Source of the DNA: Alphaproteobacteria bacterium
GTDB lineage: Bacteria > Pseudomonadota > Alphaproteobacteria > JAAXGF01
NCBI GenBank assembly: GCA_963555825.3
Contig: CAUVXB020000002.1
Span: 1,344,001-1,408,000 of the forward strand
DNA length: 64,000 nucleotides
Reading direction: 5' to 3'
Of the stretch, positions 53,089-63,912 are shown one piece after another (the first letter of the stretch is position 1; each line of letters opens with the position of its first letter). The translations under genes and the position numbers were made by a program. The notes under the pieces were generated by a model. It was not told where the DNA came from. It did no database searches and saw only the letters and a program-made list of their open reading frames with translations.

Positions 53089-54666
53089 TTAGAAGTTCAG
53101 CGCCGCGGCCTGGTGGACGCCGTCGATGGCGCGCACCTTGGCGAGCACGTCTTCGGGCAGCGCGCCGTCGACTTCGATCAGCGCGATGGCGTCGCCGCCG
53201 GCTTCGGCGCGGCCCAAGTGGAAAGTCGCGATGTTGACGCCGCCGTCGGCCAGCGCCATGCCGAGATGGCCGATGATGCCCGGCTTGTCCTCGTTGGTGA
53301 TGTAGAGCATGTGATGGCCCAGCTCGGCCTCGATGTTGATGCCCTTGATCTCGACGACGCGCGGCTTGTTGTCGCCAAACAGCGTGCCGGCGATCGACCG
53401 CGAGCGCCGTTCGGTGGTCACCGTGATGCGGATCAGCGATTGATAGTCGCCCCGGCGCGCGTGGCTGGTCTCGCTGACCGCGATGTTGCGCTCCCTGGCG
53501 ACCAGCGGCGCGTTGACCATGTTGACCGAATCCATCAACGGCGCGAGTAGGCCGGCGAGCGCGGTGGCGGTCAGCGCGCGGGTGTTGAGCTCGGCCGCGT
53601 GACCCTCGTACTCGACCGTCACCGCCACCAGCCCGGTCGCCGTGAGCTGACCGGCGAAACCACCGAGCTGCTCGGCGAGCCGCATGTAGGGCCTGAGCTT
53701 GGGCGCCTCCTCGGCGGTGACCGACGGCATGTTGAGCGCGTTGGTCACGGCGCCGGTCAACAGGAAATCCGACATCTGTTCGGCGATCTGGCGCGCCACG
53801 TTCTCTTGCGCCTCAGTCGTCGAGGCGCCGAGATGTGGCGTCACGATGACTTGGTCGAACGCGAACAGCGGGTTGTCGGTCGCCGGTTCCTCGGTGAAGA
53901 CGTCGAACGCGGCGCCCGCGACATGGCCGCTCTCGAGCGCCGCCACGAGGTCCGCCTCGACCACCAGGCCGCCGCGCGCGCAGTTGATGACGCGCACCCC
54001 CGGCTTGGTCTTGGCGAGTGCCGCGGCATCGATCATGCCGCGCGTCGCGTCGGTCAGCGGGACGTGGAGCGAGATGAAGTCAGCGCGCGCCAAAAGCTCG
54101 TCCAGCTCGACCTTCTCGACACCGAGCTCCTCGGCGCGTTGGGTCGAAACGAAGGGGTCGTAGGCCAGCACGCGCATCTTGAGACCCTGGGCGCGATTGG
54201 CGACGATCGCGCCGATATTGCCGCAGCCGACCAGGCCCAAGAGCTTGCCGGCGACCTCGGTGCCCATGAAGCGCGCCTTTTCCCACTTGCCGGCGCGCGT
54301 CGAGGCGTCGGCCGCCGGGATGCGTCGGGTGAGCGCCATGATCATGGCGATGGCGTGCTCGGCGGTGGTGATCGCGTTGCCGAACGGCGCATTCATGACG
54401 ACCACGCCGCGCGCCGTCGCGGCGGCGACGTCGACGTTGTCGACGCCCGAGCCGGCGCGGCCGACCACCTTGAGCGCATCGGCGGCGGCCAGCAGCTCGG
54501 CACTCACTTGGGTCGACGAGCGCACGACGAGGCCGTCGATGTCGGTCAGTTCGGCAGCCAGATCGTCCGCCGCCAGCCCGGTCGCCACCACGGCGTCGAT
54601 GCCGTTGGCGGTGAACACTTGCGCCGCGATGTCGCTCATCTCATCGGCGATCAATACCTTCGGCAT
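53089..54666 (-). CDS. serA: D-3-phosphoglycerate dehydrogenase
   Basis: GRAGSGVDNVD, GCGNIG, NCARGG, PHLGAST, ACT domain. Confidence 0.96.
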   Translation of the reverse strand: MPKVLIADEMSDIAAQVFTANGIDAVVATGLAADDLAAELTDIDGLVVRSSTQVSAELLAAADALKVVGRAGSGVDNVDVAAATARGVVVMNAPFGNAITTAEHAIAMIMALTRRIPAADASTRAGKWEKARFMGTEVAGKLLGLVGCGNIGAIVANRAQGLKMRVLAYDPFVSTQRAEELGVEKVELDELLARADFISLHVPLTDATRGMIDAAALAKTKPGVRVINCARGGLVVEADLVAALESGHVAGAAFDVFTEEPATDNPLFAFDQVIVTPHLGASTTEAQENVARQIAEQMSDFLLTGAVTNALNMPSVTAEEAPKLRPYMRLAEQLGGFAGQLTATGLVAVTVEYEGHAAELNTRALTATALAGLLAPLMDSVNMVNAPLVARERNIAVSETSHARRGDYQSLIRITVTTERRSRSIAGTLFGDNKPRVVEIKGINIEAELGHHMLYITNEDKPGIIGHLGMALADGGVNIATFHLGRAEAGGDAIALIEVDGALPEDVLAKVRAIDGVHQAAALNF

Positions 54667-54671
54667 GTCCC

Positions 54672-55832
54672 CTACTCCGCCGCCGCGCGTTGCCTGATCT
54701 CGCGGTAGGCCCAATCGAGCCACGGCAGGAGCGCTTCGATGTCGGCCGTCTCGACCGTCGCGCCGCCCCAGATGCGCAGCCCCGGCGGCGCCGCGCGGTA
54801 GGCGCCGATGTCGTGCGCCACGCCCTCGGCGTCGAGCAGTACGGCGACCCGCTTGGCGGCGGCCGCCCGTTCGGCGTCGTCCAGCGTGGCGAACCAGGCG
54901 TCGGCGAAACGCAGGCAGATCGAGGTGCAGGAGCGTGTTTCGGGCGTCTGGGCCAGGAAGTCGGCCCAGTCGCTCGCCGCGACCCAGCGCGCGACGGCCG
55001 CGAGGTTGGCTTCGGCGCGGGCGATCAGCGCATCGAGCCCGCCGATCGCCTCGGCCCAGCGCAGCGCGTCGAGCACGTCCTCGACGCAGAGCATCGACGG
55101 CGTGTTGATCGTCGCGCCCTCGAACAGCGCCGCGTCGAGCTTGCCGCCCGACGTCATGCGGAAGAGCTTGGGCAGCGGCCAGGGCGGCGCGTAGCTTTCC
55201 AGGCGGGCGACCGCGCGGGGCGACAGGACGATCATGCCGTGCGCCGCCTCGCCGCCGAGCACCTTCTGCCAGGAGAAGGTGGCGACGTCGAGCTTGTCCC
55301 ACGGCAGGGCCATGGCGAAGGCCGCCGAGGTCGCGTCGCAGATCGTCAGGCCGGCGCGGTCGGCGGCGATCCAGTCGCCGTTCGGCACGCGCACGCCCGA
55401 GGTCGTGCCGTTCCAGACGAAGACGACGTCACGCTCGAAGTCGGCGTCGGCGAGGTCGGGCAGCGCGCCGTAGCCGGCCTTGAGCAGGCGCAGATCCTCG
55501 ATGCCGAGCTGTTCGGTGACATCGGTGATCCAGGTCTGGCCGAAGCTCTCCCAGGCAAGGACGTCGACGCCGCGCGCGCCCAGCAGCGACCACAGCGCCA
55601 TCTCGACGGCGCCGGTGTCCGACGCCGGCACGATGGCGACGCGGTGGTCATCGGGCACGCCGAGCAGCGCGCGCGTCCGGGCGATCACTTCGGCGAGCTT
55701 GGCCTTGCCCGGCGCGGCGCGATGCGAGCGACCGAGCAATGCGCCGTCGAGCACGGCCGGCGTCCAGCCGGGCCGCTTGGCGCAGGGACCGGACGAGAAC
55801 AGCGGGTTTTGCGGGCGGACCGATGGCTTCAC
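54672..55832 (-). CDS. serC: Phosphoserine aminotransferase
   Basis: [28 protein letters not shown]; GTG start inferred. Confidence 0.94.
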   Translation of the reverse strand: MKPSVRPQNPLFSSGPCAKRPGWTPAVLDGALLGRSHRAAPGKAKLAEVIARTRALLGVPDDHRVAIVPASDTGAVEMALWSLLGARGVDVLAWESFGQTWITDVTEQLGIEDLRLLKAGYGALPDLADADFERDVVFVWNGTTSGVRVPNGDWIAADRAGLTICDATSAAFAMALPWDKLDVATFSWQKVLGGEAAHGMIVLSPRAVARLESYAPPWPLPKLFRMTSGGKLDAALFEGATINTPSMLCVEDVLDALRWAEAIGGLDALIARAEANLAAVARWVAASDWADFLAQTPETRSCTSICLRFADAWFATLDDAERAAAAKRVAVLLDAEGVAHDIGAYRAAPPGLRIWGGATVETADIEALLPWLDWAYREIRQRAAAE

Positions 55833-55969
55833 GGGACGCGGGCCTTGGTTGTTTGTGGGTTCCCCCGCGCCGGCGGGGGCGTGACGGTTGCGCAGTTTAG
55901 GCCCGCAGACGGCCGCGTCAACGTTCGTGTTGCGCTGCAGCACGCGGACGAAGCATCGGGCGAGGCGGC

Positions 55970-56374
55970 CTATTGCTTGTCGAGCTGCCTGACGGCTGCG
56001 AGTTCCATCGCCCAGGGCTGCGCCGAGCGGCACCAGTACTGGAACTTCGGCTGGAGCTGGTCGCGCTGGCGCGCGGTACCGAGGCGGAGGTTGAGGGTTT
56101 TCGGCCCGTCGCCGACCGAGAACGAATAGAGCGGCGAGGCACATTCTGGGCAGAAGACCTGATGGTTCGTCGCGCCGCTCTCGGCCGTCTTGACGTGGGT
56201 CTTGGGCGTGCCCGAGAGCAGCTCGAAGTTCGCTTCGGGCGTATGCACCGCCCAACGAAACGCCGAGCCGGTGATCGACTGGCAGTCGGTACAATGGCAG
56301 ACGTAGACCCTGTCGGGATCAACCTCGGCCCGATACGTGATGTGCCCGCAGTGGCACGACCCGTCGATTTTCAT
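55970..56374 (-). CDS. GFA (CENP-V) family protein
   Basis: GSCHCG, CHCTDC, FCPEC. Confidence 0.88.
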   Translation of the reverse strand: MKIDGSCHCGHITYRAEVDPDRVYVCHCTDCQSITGSAFRWAVHTPEANFELLSGTPKTHVKTAESGATNHQVFCPECASPLYSFSVGDGPKTLNLRLGTARQRDQLQPKFQYWCRSAQPWAMELAAVRQLDKQ

Positions 56375-56510
56375 GTTCCCACTCCTTGCTGATGCCCACC
56401 GACGATCCAATCGGCAGGCCCAGATTATCAAACGTCGACCGGTGTTGCCTCGGTTAAGATGCGACAGGGGACCCGGCCCGGAGTTCCCACCGATTGCCCG
56501 AGGAAAACCA

Positions 56511-57281
56511 ATGTTGGGCGCCATTGCCGGCGACATCGTCGGCTCGATCTACGAGCACCGCAACATCAAGACCAAGGACTTTGCGCTGTTCGGCGCGCGC
56601 TGCGATTTCACCGACGACACCGTCTGCACGGTCGCCGTCGCCGACTGCCTGATCGCCGGTGGTGATTTCGCCGACTACCTGCGCCGCTATGCCCTGGCGT
56701 ATCCCAACCGGGGCTACGGCGGCATGTTCCAACAATGGGCGATGACCGGCGGCGGGCCCTACAACAGCTGGGGCAACGGCTCGGCCATGCGGGTCAGCCC
56801 GGTCGCCCACGCCGCGCGCGACGAGCACGACGCCCTCGAGCTCGCCCGGCGATCATCGGCGGTGACCCACGACCACCCGGACGCGGTCGCCGGCGCCCAG
56901 GCGGTCGCGCTCGCCATGTGGCTGGCGCGCGCGGGCGCCGACGCGCTGGCGATTCGCCGCGAGATCGCCGCCCGCTTCGGTTACGATCTCGCGCCGAGCG
57001 TCGACGACATCCGGCCGCATTACCGCTTCGACGTGTCGGCCGCCGGCACGGTGCCCCAGGCGATCACCTGCGCGCTCGAGGCGACCGGTTACGAGGACGC
57101 GCTGCGCAACGCGATCTCGATCGGCGGCGATTCCGACACGCTCGCCTGCATCACCGGCGGCATCGCCGAGCTCCTGTTCGGCCTGCCCGACGACATCGCC
57201 GAAACCGCGCGGCGCCACCTCACCGACGATCTGCGCGCCGTGGTCGACCGGTTTACCGACGCCGTCCAGACCGCCGAGTAG
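56511..57281 (+). CDS. ADP-ribosylglycohydrolase family protein
   Basis: GAIAGD, TDDT, GNGSAMR, GGDSDT. Confidence 0.92.
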   Translation: MLGAIAGDIVGSIYEHRNIKTKDFALFGARCDFTDDTVCTVAVADCLIAGGDFADYLRRYALAYPNRGYGGMFQQWAMTGGGPYNSWGNGSAMRVSPVAHAARDEHDALELARRSSAVTHDHPDAVAGAQAVALAMWLARAGADALAIRREIAARFGYDLAPSVDDIRPHYRFDVSAAGTVPQAITCALEATGYEDALRNAISIGGDSDTLACITGGIAELLFGLPDDIAETARRHLTDDLRAVVDRFTDAVQTAE

Positions 57282-57291
57282 CGCGCGTGGC

Positions 57292-58741
57292 GGCGATGTC
57301 CCTATCTCTGTTGAAATTCGTGGGGCAGGCGTCGCTGGTTGATGATGCTATGCTGCCTTCATGATGGTTTCAATGGCACTGTCGGCCTGAGCCTTTCTCA
57401 AGTGTTCCTGGAGAGCATTTCGGAGGATGGGCAGCTGACGATAGGCCTTGAGGCGACGGAAGGTTTTCTGGGCCTCCAGCAGGCCGGCGGCGGTCCATCT
57501 GAGCGCCATCTCGGCGTGTCTCCAGCGTTTGACGTTGCGGGTGACCTGGCGCACCGTGCCGAGCGCGTTCTCGACGATGTTGGTGCAGGCGAGCGAGCGC
57601 CGGAGTTCGTGCGGCAGGCCGAGGCGGATGACGGTGAGGATCTCGTCCAGCCCCTCCAGGATGCTGCCCGAGACGCCCGGTTCCTCATGCTCCAGACGCC
57701 GGGCCAGGTTGCGCAGCAGCCGTTCGGCCTTGTCTGCGTCGTCCTGGTCCCAGGCCTGACGGAGCGCCTTCTTGACGCTCGCATGCAAATGCAGGGGCAG
57801 GCGCTCGATGATGTTACGGCCCTTGTGGACCTGGCAGCGCTGGATGGCGGCGGCCACACCGAAGGTGTTGCGGATCGCTTTGCTGAGCGCCTTCGCGCCA
57901 TCGACGATGAACAGCCGGGGCAGCGTCGGATCGAGCCCCCTGGCGAGGAGATTGTCGAGCAAGGCCTGGACGACGACAGTGTTCTCCGTCGCCCCCTCGA
58001 CCACGGCCAGGACATGCTTGTCGCCGTTGCCATCGACGCCGATCGCCGCCACCAAGACATGGTCGCCGACATGCAGACCGTCGATCTGGATGACCAGCAG
58101 GTCGAGCTCCGAGAGGTCCGAGGCGAGCCAGGCCTTCATCTTCTTGCGCGACAGCGCCACAAAGCGCCGGGAAACGGCCGACTTCGAGGTGCCGTCGCCA
58201 CGCGCTTTCGCCAGGTCGCCCTCGGGCAGACGGACCGCGCGGTGGTACTTGCGGGTCGACACGTTCAGGACCATCAGGTTGAGCGCCCACTCGAGCAACA
58301 GGTTGCCGTCGCGCAGCACCTGCCAGCTCTCCAAACCCACCTCCTTGCCAGCATGGTCGCGAACCCGTGGCCGCTGCACTTTCACGCGGCCGCCGTGGTA
58401 GCCGATCTCGCTCTGCGTATGGCCCCAGCGATAACCCCGACGGTTCCCATGGCGACGATGTCGGGCCCCGCACACGGTCGTGGCGTCCTCCTCCATCATC
58501 TCGGCCAAGGCCTCGACCCCGGCCAGGAGACAGAACCGATCCACGCTGAGACGGACTGCGTCCATCGCGTCTGCCAGCGGCGGCATAGGAAACGAGGTGG
58601 CAAGGGCTTTCGGGCTACTGGAACTACGGATATTCTTTCCCATGGTGTCGTTCTCCCTCTTGGGTTTGCAGCACCCGGAGCCTAACGGCTCCAGGAGAGC
58701 GACACCTACCTCAACTTTTCAACATCGACCGGGACATCTCC
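57292..58741 (-). mobile_element. IS256-family element (transposase 57348-58643), 8-bp TSD
   Basis: TIR GGCGATGTCCC/GGGACATCTCC; CGCGTGGC duplicated; IDG, VDG, CQVH, TNIVE. Confidence 0.92.
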
Positions 58742-58802
58742 CGCGTGGCGCGCTGACAGCGGCCACGCATCCGCCAGGCCCCGACAAAGGGCCGGGAGCC
58801 AA

Positions 58803-59073
58803 CATGTGTGGACGGCTCCCTGTTGGCAAGAGATTTTGTGACGTTGATGCAAGCTGGTCGGGTGCTGCCATGTGTGGACGGCTCCCTGTTGGCAAGAGAT
58901 TTTGTGACGTTGATGCAAGCTGGTCGGGTGCTGCCATGTGTGGACGGCTCCCTGTTGGCAAGAGATTTTGTGACGTTGATGCAAGCTGGTCGGGTGCTGC
59001 CATGTGTGGACGGCTCCCTGTTGGCAAGAGATTTTGTGACGTTGATGCAAGCTGGTCGGGTGCTGCCATGTGT
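58803..59073. repeat. Four tandem 66-bp repeats of the IS110 end
   Basis: Units start at 58803, 58869, 58935, 59001; CATGTGT microhomology at 59067. Confidence 0.97.
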
Positions 59074-60744
59074 CCGGCCTTTTGGTGCGGCGTACATGGC
59101 CGCTGGCCCTAATGCGATCCGCGGGGTCGGGTCCCAGTCATAAGCACGCGCTCGAGGCGCCGTGGCTATAGCGGGTTTTCCCGATCCTCGGTTCGACCGA
59201 TTTTGCATTACGTCACTTACACTCCGCCAAACTCGTGAACGCCTTGTTTTCGTCGGCCTAGGCCGTCGCGGGCCTGCGATAGGTTCCGCCATGTCTCAGA
59301 AGCGCCCAGGCAATGCGGGCGTTCTTGTTGGCCAGCGCCACGGCCGCGACCTTGGTCGGCTTGTCGGCGATGATGTTGGCAAGCCATGGATCGGTCGTGC
59401 CGCGTCGCTTGGCGTGGCGGATGACCGTCATGGCGCCGGCGACCAGCAGCCAGCGCAGGTATTGATCGCCCTGCTTGGAGATCCGCCCCATGCGCTCCTT
59501 GCCACCGGTCGAGTTCTGTCTTGGCACCAGCCCGATCCAAGCGGCCATTGAGCGGCCCGATTTGAAGATCGACGGATTGGCAATCGAAGATGCCAGCGCG
59601 CTCGCCGTGATCGGTCCGATGCCGGGTGTGGTTTCGAGACGCAGGCTCTCTTCGTTCGTCCGGTGCCAGGCGTGGATACGCCTCTCAGCGCCGACGATCT
59701 CCCGCTCCAGCGACAGCAACTGCCGCGCCAGCCCTTCCAGGCAAGTCCGCGCCAGGGGCGGAATGCGCTCATCCGCCTCATCGCTGATCACCGCGAGCAG
59801 CTCCTTGACCTGCGGCAACCCGGTTCGCGCCACCACCCCGAACTCCGCCATGTGCGCCCGCGTAGCGTTGACCATGTGTGGACGGCTCCCTGTTGGCAAG
59901 AGATTTTGTGACGTTGATGCAAGCTGGTCGGGTGCTGCCATGTGTCCGGCCTTTTGGTGCGGCGTACATGGCCGCTGGCCCTAATGCGATCCGCGGGGTC
60001 GGGTCCCAGTCATAAGCACGCGCTCGAGGCGCCGTGGCTATAGCGGGTTTTCCCGATCCTCGGTTCGACCGATTTTGCATTACGTCACTTACACTCCGCC
60101 AAACTCGTGAACGCCTTGTTTTCGTCGGCCTAGGCCGTCGCGGGCCTGCGATAGGTTCCGCCATGTCTCAGAAGCGCCCAGGCAATGCGGGCGTTCTTGT
60201 TGGCCAGCGCCACGGCCGCGACCTTGGTCGGCTTGTCGGCGATGATGTTGGCAAGCCATGGATCGGTCGTGCCGCGTCGCTTGGCGTGGCGGATGACCGT
60301 CATGGCGCCGGCGACCAGCAGCCAGCGCAGGTATTGATCGCCCTGCTTGGAGATCCGCCCCATGCGCTCCTTGCCACCGGTCGAGTTCTGTCTTGGCACC
60401 AGCCCGATCCAAGCGGCCATTGAGCGGCCCGATTTGAAGATCGACGGATTGGCAATCGAAGATGCCAGCGCGCTCGCCGTGATCGGTCCGATGCCGGGTG
60501 TGGTTTCGAGACGCAGGCTCTCTTCGTTCGTCCGGTGCCAGGCGTGGATACGCCTCTCAGCGCCGACGATCTCCCGCTCCAGCGACAGCAACTGCCGCGC
60601 CAGCCCTTCCAGGCAAGTCCGCGCCAGGGGCGGAATGCGCTCATCCGCCTCATCGCTGATCACCGCGAGCAGCTCCTTGACCTGCGGCAACCCGGTTCGC
60701 GCCACCACCCCGAACTCCGCCATGTGCGCCCGCGTAGCGTTGAC
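59001..60744. repeat. 872-bp tandem duplication (IS110 non-coding end plus 3' part of the transposase)
   Basis: 59001-59872 equals 59873-60744; duplicated ORF translations. Confidence 0.95.
59900..60070 (-). ncRNA. Putative bridge/seekRNA (second copy near 59030-59200); boundaries approximate
   Basis: Loops carrying CATGTGT/ATGCG (donor-like) and CATAAGCA/TGGCT (target-like). Confidence 0.55.
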
Positions 60745-61152
60745 CAGCATGGTTCTCTGGCGGACCAGAAGCTCGCGCGTTCGGTGCAGCATCAGAACGC
60801 TCTGCTGCTCGACGCTCTTCACCGCGACAAAGCGCATCGTCGGGCGCGTGACGGCCTCGCAAATAGCCTCCGCATCGGCAGCGTCATTCTTGTTCCGCTT
60901 CACGTAGGGCTTCACATAGCGCGGCGGCATCAGCTTGACCTCATGCCCAAGCGCCGCGATCTCCCGCGCCCAGTAATGCGCGGTCGCACATGCCTCCATA
61001 CCAACCAGGCAGGGCGGCTGTTTCTCGAAGAAGGCCAGCACCTGACGCCGCCTCAACTGACGGCGGACGACCACGGTTCCCTCGGCGTCAACGCCATGCA
61101 CCTGAAATACGTTCTTCGCAAGATCAACACCGATCGTGATAACTTCGTTCAT
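60130..61152 (-). CDS. IS110-family DEDD recombinase/transposase
   Basis: GVDLAK, MEAC, KNDAADA, GLVPRQNSTGG, ANKNAR. Confidence 0.95.
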   Translation of the reverse strand: MNEVITIGVDLAKNVFQVHGVDAEGTVVVRRQLRRRQVLAFFEKQPPCLVGMEACATAHYWAREIAALGHEVKLMPPRYVKPYVKRNKNDAADAEAICEAVTRPTMRFVAVKSVEQQSVLMLHRTRELLVRQRTMLVNATRAHMAEFGVVARTGLPQVKELLAVISDEADERIPPLARTCLEGLARQLLSLEREIVGAERRIHAWHRTNEESLRLETTPGIGPITASALASSIANPSIFKSGRSMAAWIGLVPRQNSTGGKERMGRISKQGDQYLRWLLVAGAMTVIRHAKRRGTTDPWLANIIADKPTKVAAVALANKNARIAWALLRHGGTYRRPATA

Positions 61153-61319
61153 GGACGGCTCCTATTTCCCTGTGGTTCATCGAAACCACCATTTTGGCAC
61201 CTAGATGCCTGCGGGTGGGAGCCGTCCACCGCATCATGAGCAGACATTCCGAGGATTCCCTCCGCGCATAGATTCTTCCACTGCGACTCGCTAATCTCGC
61301 TGGCAAGGGAGGACGTCAC

Positions 61320-61658
61320 ATGAAGCGCCGCCTCGCGGCCATACTCGCTGTCGACGTGGTGGGCTACTCACGCCTCATGGAGGCGGACGAGGAGGCGACG
61401 CTCACGGCGCTAAACGCCTACCGCGAGGTCATCGACGGACTGATCGCGAACCACCGTGGCCGCGTGTTCGGCAGCGCCGGGGATAGCGTCGTTGCTGAAT
61501 TCCCAAGCTCGGTTGAGACGGTGCATTGTGCGGTCGATATGCTCGTAACCGAACGGTTGCCGCCCGACCTCGGCGCGGAACACGCGCAAGCCGACGTCGA
61601 GGTCGTCGAGGCCGGGACCGCTGCGCGGGATGGCCAGGATCCGGGACCGGCGCCGTGA
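61320..61658 (+). pseudogene. Truncated class III adenylate/guanylate cyclase
   Basis: RRLAAILAVDVVGYSRLM...AGDSVVAEF; similarity is lost before the second half of the domain. Confidence 0.75.
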
Positions 61659-62521
61659 ATCCGCTCCAAGCCGATCCTGGCGAACGCGGGGTCGTGGACC
61701 CCTCGAGCGCTATCGAACGAATTCGAGGCCTGTCCTGTTGGCGGTCACCGCCCCGAATCCGAGCGATCTCCGACGGCCGGACGAACCAAAACTATTTCGT
61801 CCACGCCGGGGATCGAACCTTCTTCGCGCGCCTCGGCGTCGATCTCCCGCATCACGGCATCACGCGCGCCAATGAGGTTCGCTGTTGCCGCCTCGCCGCG
61901 GTCGCGGACATCGCGCCGAAGGTGGTCTTCGCCGCCGAGGGCGTTCTGGTCACGGAGTTCATCGACGGCCGGACACTGGTTCAGGGTGAACCGATCTCAG
62001 ACGAAATTCTCGTTCGATTGGCCCACGGCTTAAGGTGTCTGCACGAATCCGAGGTGCCCGCTGACCTAGCGCCCTTCGATCCCGTGGAAAGATGCCGGCG
62101 CCAGCTCGCGGCGTTGCCGATTTCCGCCGTGCCGCCCACGCGCCGCCGGCGGGTCCTGGAAATTCTCCAGCGCGCGCCAAGACGCGAGGCGCGCAGCCTC
62201 ATTCACGGCGACCTGATACCCGAGAACGTCATCGTCCGGGACGATGCGCTGTTTCTAGTGGATTGGGAATACGCGGGACTTGGCGACCCTTTGGTGGATT
62301 TGGCCATGGTCGGCGTGCATTTCGGATTGCCGGAGCGACGGCGGCAAAACTTCTATTCCAGCTATGGCGATGTCGATCCCGATGCGGTGGCGCGCTTGGT
62401 GCCGGCAATCGCGGCGCGCGAGGCGGTCTGGTGCGCGACTCAAATTCATTTCGTCGGCCTCGCCGGCGATCTCGATGATTATGCGCGGCTGTGTTGGGAT
62501 CGGATCGAGGTGGAGCCGTGA
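61655..62521 (+). CDS. Choline/ethanolamine kinase-like phosphotransferase
   Basis: GRTNQNY, HGDLIPEN, VDWEYAG. Confidence 0.85.
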   Translation: MNPLQADPGERGVVDPSSAIERIRGLSCWRSPPRIRAISDGRTNQNYFVHAGDRTFFARLGVDLPHHGITRANEVRCCRLAAVADIAPKVVFAAEGVLVTEFIDGRTLVQGEPISDEILVRLAHGLRCLHESEVPADLAPFDPVERCRRQLAALPISAVPPTRRRRVLEILQRAPRREARSLIHGDLIPENVIVRDDALFLVDWEYAGLGDPLVDLAMVGVHFGLPERRRQNFYSSYGDVDPDAVARLVPAIAAREAVWCATQIHFVGLAGDLDDYARLCWDRIEVEP

Positions 62522-63912
62522 CCCAAACGGACTTCCAAGTCGCGGTCATCGGCGGCGGCGTGGTCGGTTGCGCGGTGCTGCGCGCCTTCGCGCTGGCTGG
62601 CGCGCGCGCCATCCTGATCGAGCGCGGGCCCGACATCCTTTCGGGTGCCAGCAAGGCCAACAGCGCCCTTCTGCATACCGGATACGACGCACCGACGGGC
62701 AGCCTGGAACTCGCGTGCGTGCGCGAGGGATACGACGCCTATCTGGAAATCCGGGAGCGTCTCAACCTGCCGCTGGTCGAGACCTCGGCCCTCATGGTTG
62801 CCTGGACTGAGGCCGAACGCGCGCGTTTGCCCGAACTGCTCGCCCACGCCGAGGCCAACGGAGTCGAAGGTGCAATCGCGCTCGATCGGCGCGAGGTTCT
62901 ACGCCGCGCCCCCGGTCTCAATCCCGAGGTGCGGGGTGCGATGCTGATCCCGGGCGAGCATGTCATCGATCCCTGGTCTGCACCGCTCGCCTATGCGCTG
63001 CAAGCGATCGCCAACGGTGCCATCGTGCAGCGGAACCGCGAGGTCACGGGCGGGGAGTTCGATGGCAGCCACTGGCGCCTAGAGACGACCCGGGGGCCGA
63101 TCGGCGCGGAGATTGTCATCAACTGCGCCGGTTTATTCGGCGACCTCGTGGAATCCATCATCCGCGACCCGCCGTTTCGCATCAACCCGCGCAAGGGTCA
63201 GTTCGTGGTCTTCGATAAGTCCGCGGCATCACTTGTGGATACGATCATCCTGCCGGTGCCGACCGAGGCGACGAAGGGCGTGTTGGTCGCGCCGACCGCC
63301 TTCGGCAACGTGTTGGTCGGACCTACCGCCGAGGAGCAGGACGATCGCGAGATGGCCGCCGTCGACACGGCAACGCTGAAGATGCTGGTCCGGCGCGCGG
63401 CGGAGATCGTTCCTGCACTCGCCAAACATCCGGTCACGGCGACCTATGCGGGCCTGCGCCCGGCTACCCAGTTCAAGGACTATCAGATCGAGGCACTCAC
63501 TGAACGTCAGTGGATAACGGTCGGTGGCATCCGCTCGACCGGCTTGACTGGCGCGCTCGGGATTGGCGCCCATGTCCGCCGGCTCTACGAGCAGAACTTC
63601 GCGCCGCTCGAAGACATTGCGGATCCGGTGTGGACGCCGGTGCCAAACCTGGCCGAGGCCCGGCCGAGGCCCTATCAGCAGGGCGGCTCGGGCGAGATCG
63701 TCTGTCACTGCGAATGGGTGACCCGCGGTGAGATTGAATCGGCGCTAGCGGGACCGCTGCCGGCTACCGACTTGAGCGGCCTCAAACGGCGCACCCGCTG
63801 CATGATGGGCCGCTGCCAGGGTTTCTATTGTGCTTGGCGCGTCGCCCAACTCGCGGCCGGACACATCGACATTCCGCCCGCCGCGGGAGACGTTGGGAGA
63901 GACGCCGCGTGA
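62518..63912 (+). CDS. FAD-dependent oxidoreductase (GlpA/LhgO-like) with BFD-like [2Fe-2S] domain
   Basis: IGGGVVG, ASKANS, AGLRP, CHCE...GRCQGFYC. Confidence 0.88.
   Translation: MTQTDFQVAVIGGGVVGCAVLRAFALAGARAILIERGPDILSGASKANSALLHTGYDAPTGSLELACVREGYDAYLEIRERLNLPLVETSALMVAWTEAERARLPELLAHAEANGVEGAIALDRREVLRRAPGLNPEVRGAMLIPGEHVIDPWSAPLAYALQAIANGAIVQRNREVTGGEFDGSHWRLETTRGPIGAEIVINCAGLFGDLVESIIRDPPFRINPRKGQFVVFDKSAASLVDTIILPVPTEATKGVLVAPTAFGNVLVGPTAEEQDDREMAAVDTATLKMLVRRAAEIVPALAKHPVTATYAGLRPATQFKDYQIEALTERQWITVGGIRSTGLTGALGIGAHVRRLYEQNFAPLEDIADPVWTPVPNLAEARPRPYQQGGSGEIVCHCEWVTRGEIESALAGPLPATDLSGLKRRTRCMMGRCQGFYCAWRVAQLAAGHIDIPPAAGDVGRDAA

Larger units (their letters stand above)
59873..61237 (-). 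mobile_element. IS110/IS1111-type element, intact unit
   Basis: Sub-terminal IR GTGGACGGCTCCC/GGGAGCCGTCCAC; CAT core at the junctions. Confidence 0.88.

Noticed and set aside
55833-55900. serC leader RNA
   Set aside because: A GC hairpin is present but I cannot match it to the known motif by eye.
58803-59073. CRISPR array or 22-aa repeat protein (MCGRLPVGKRF...)
   Set aside because: Units are identical with no spacers and no cas genes; the ORFs arise only because 66 is divisible by 3.
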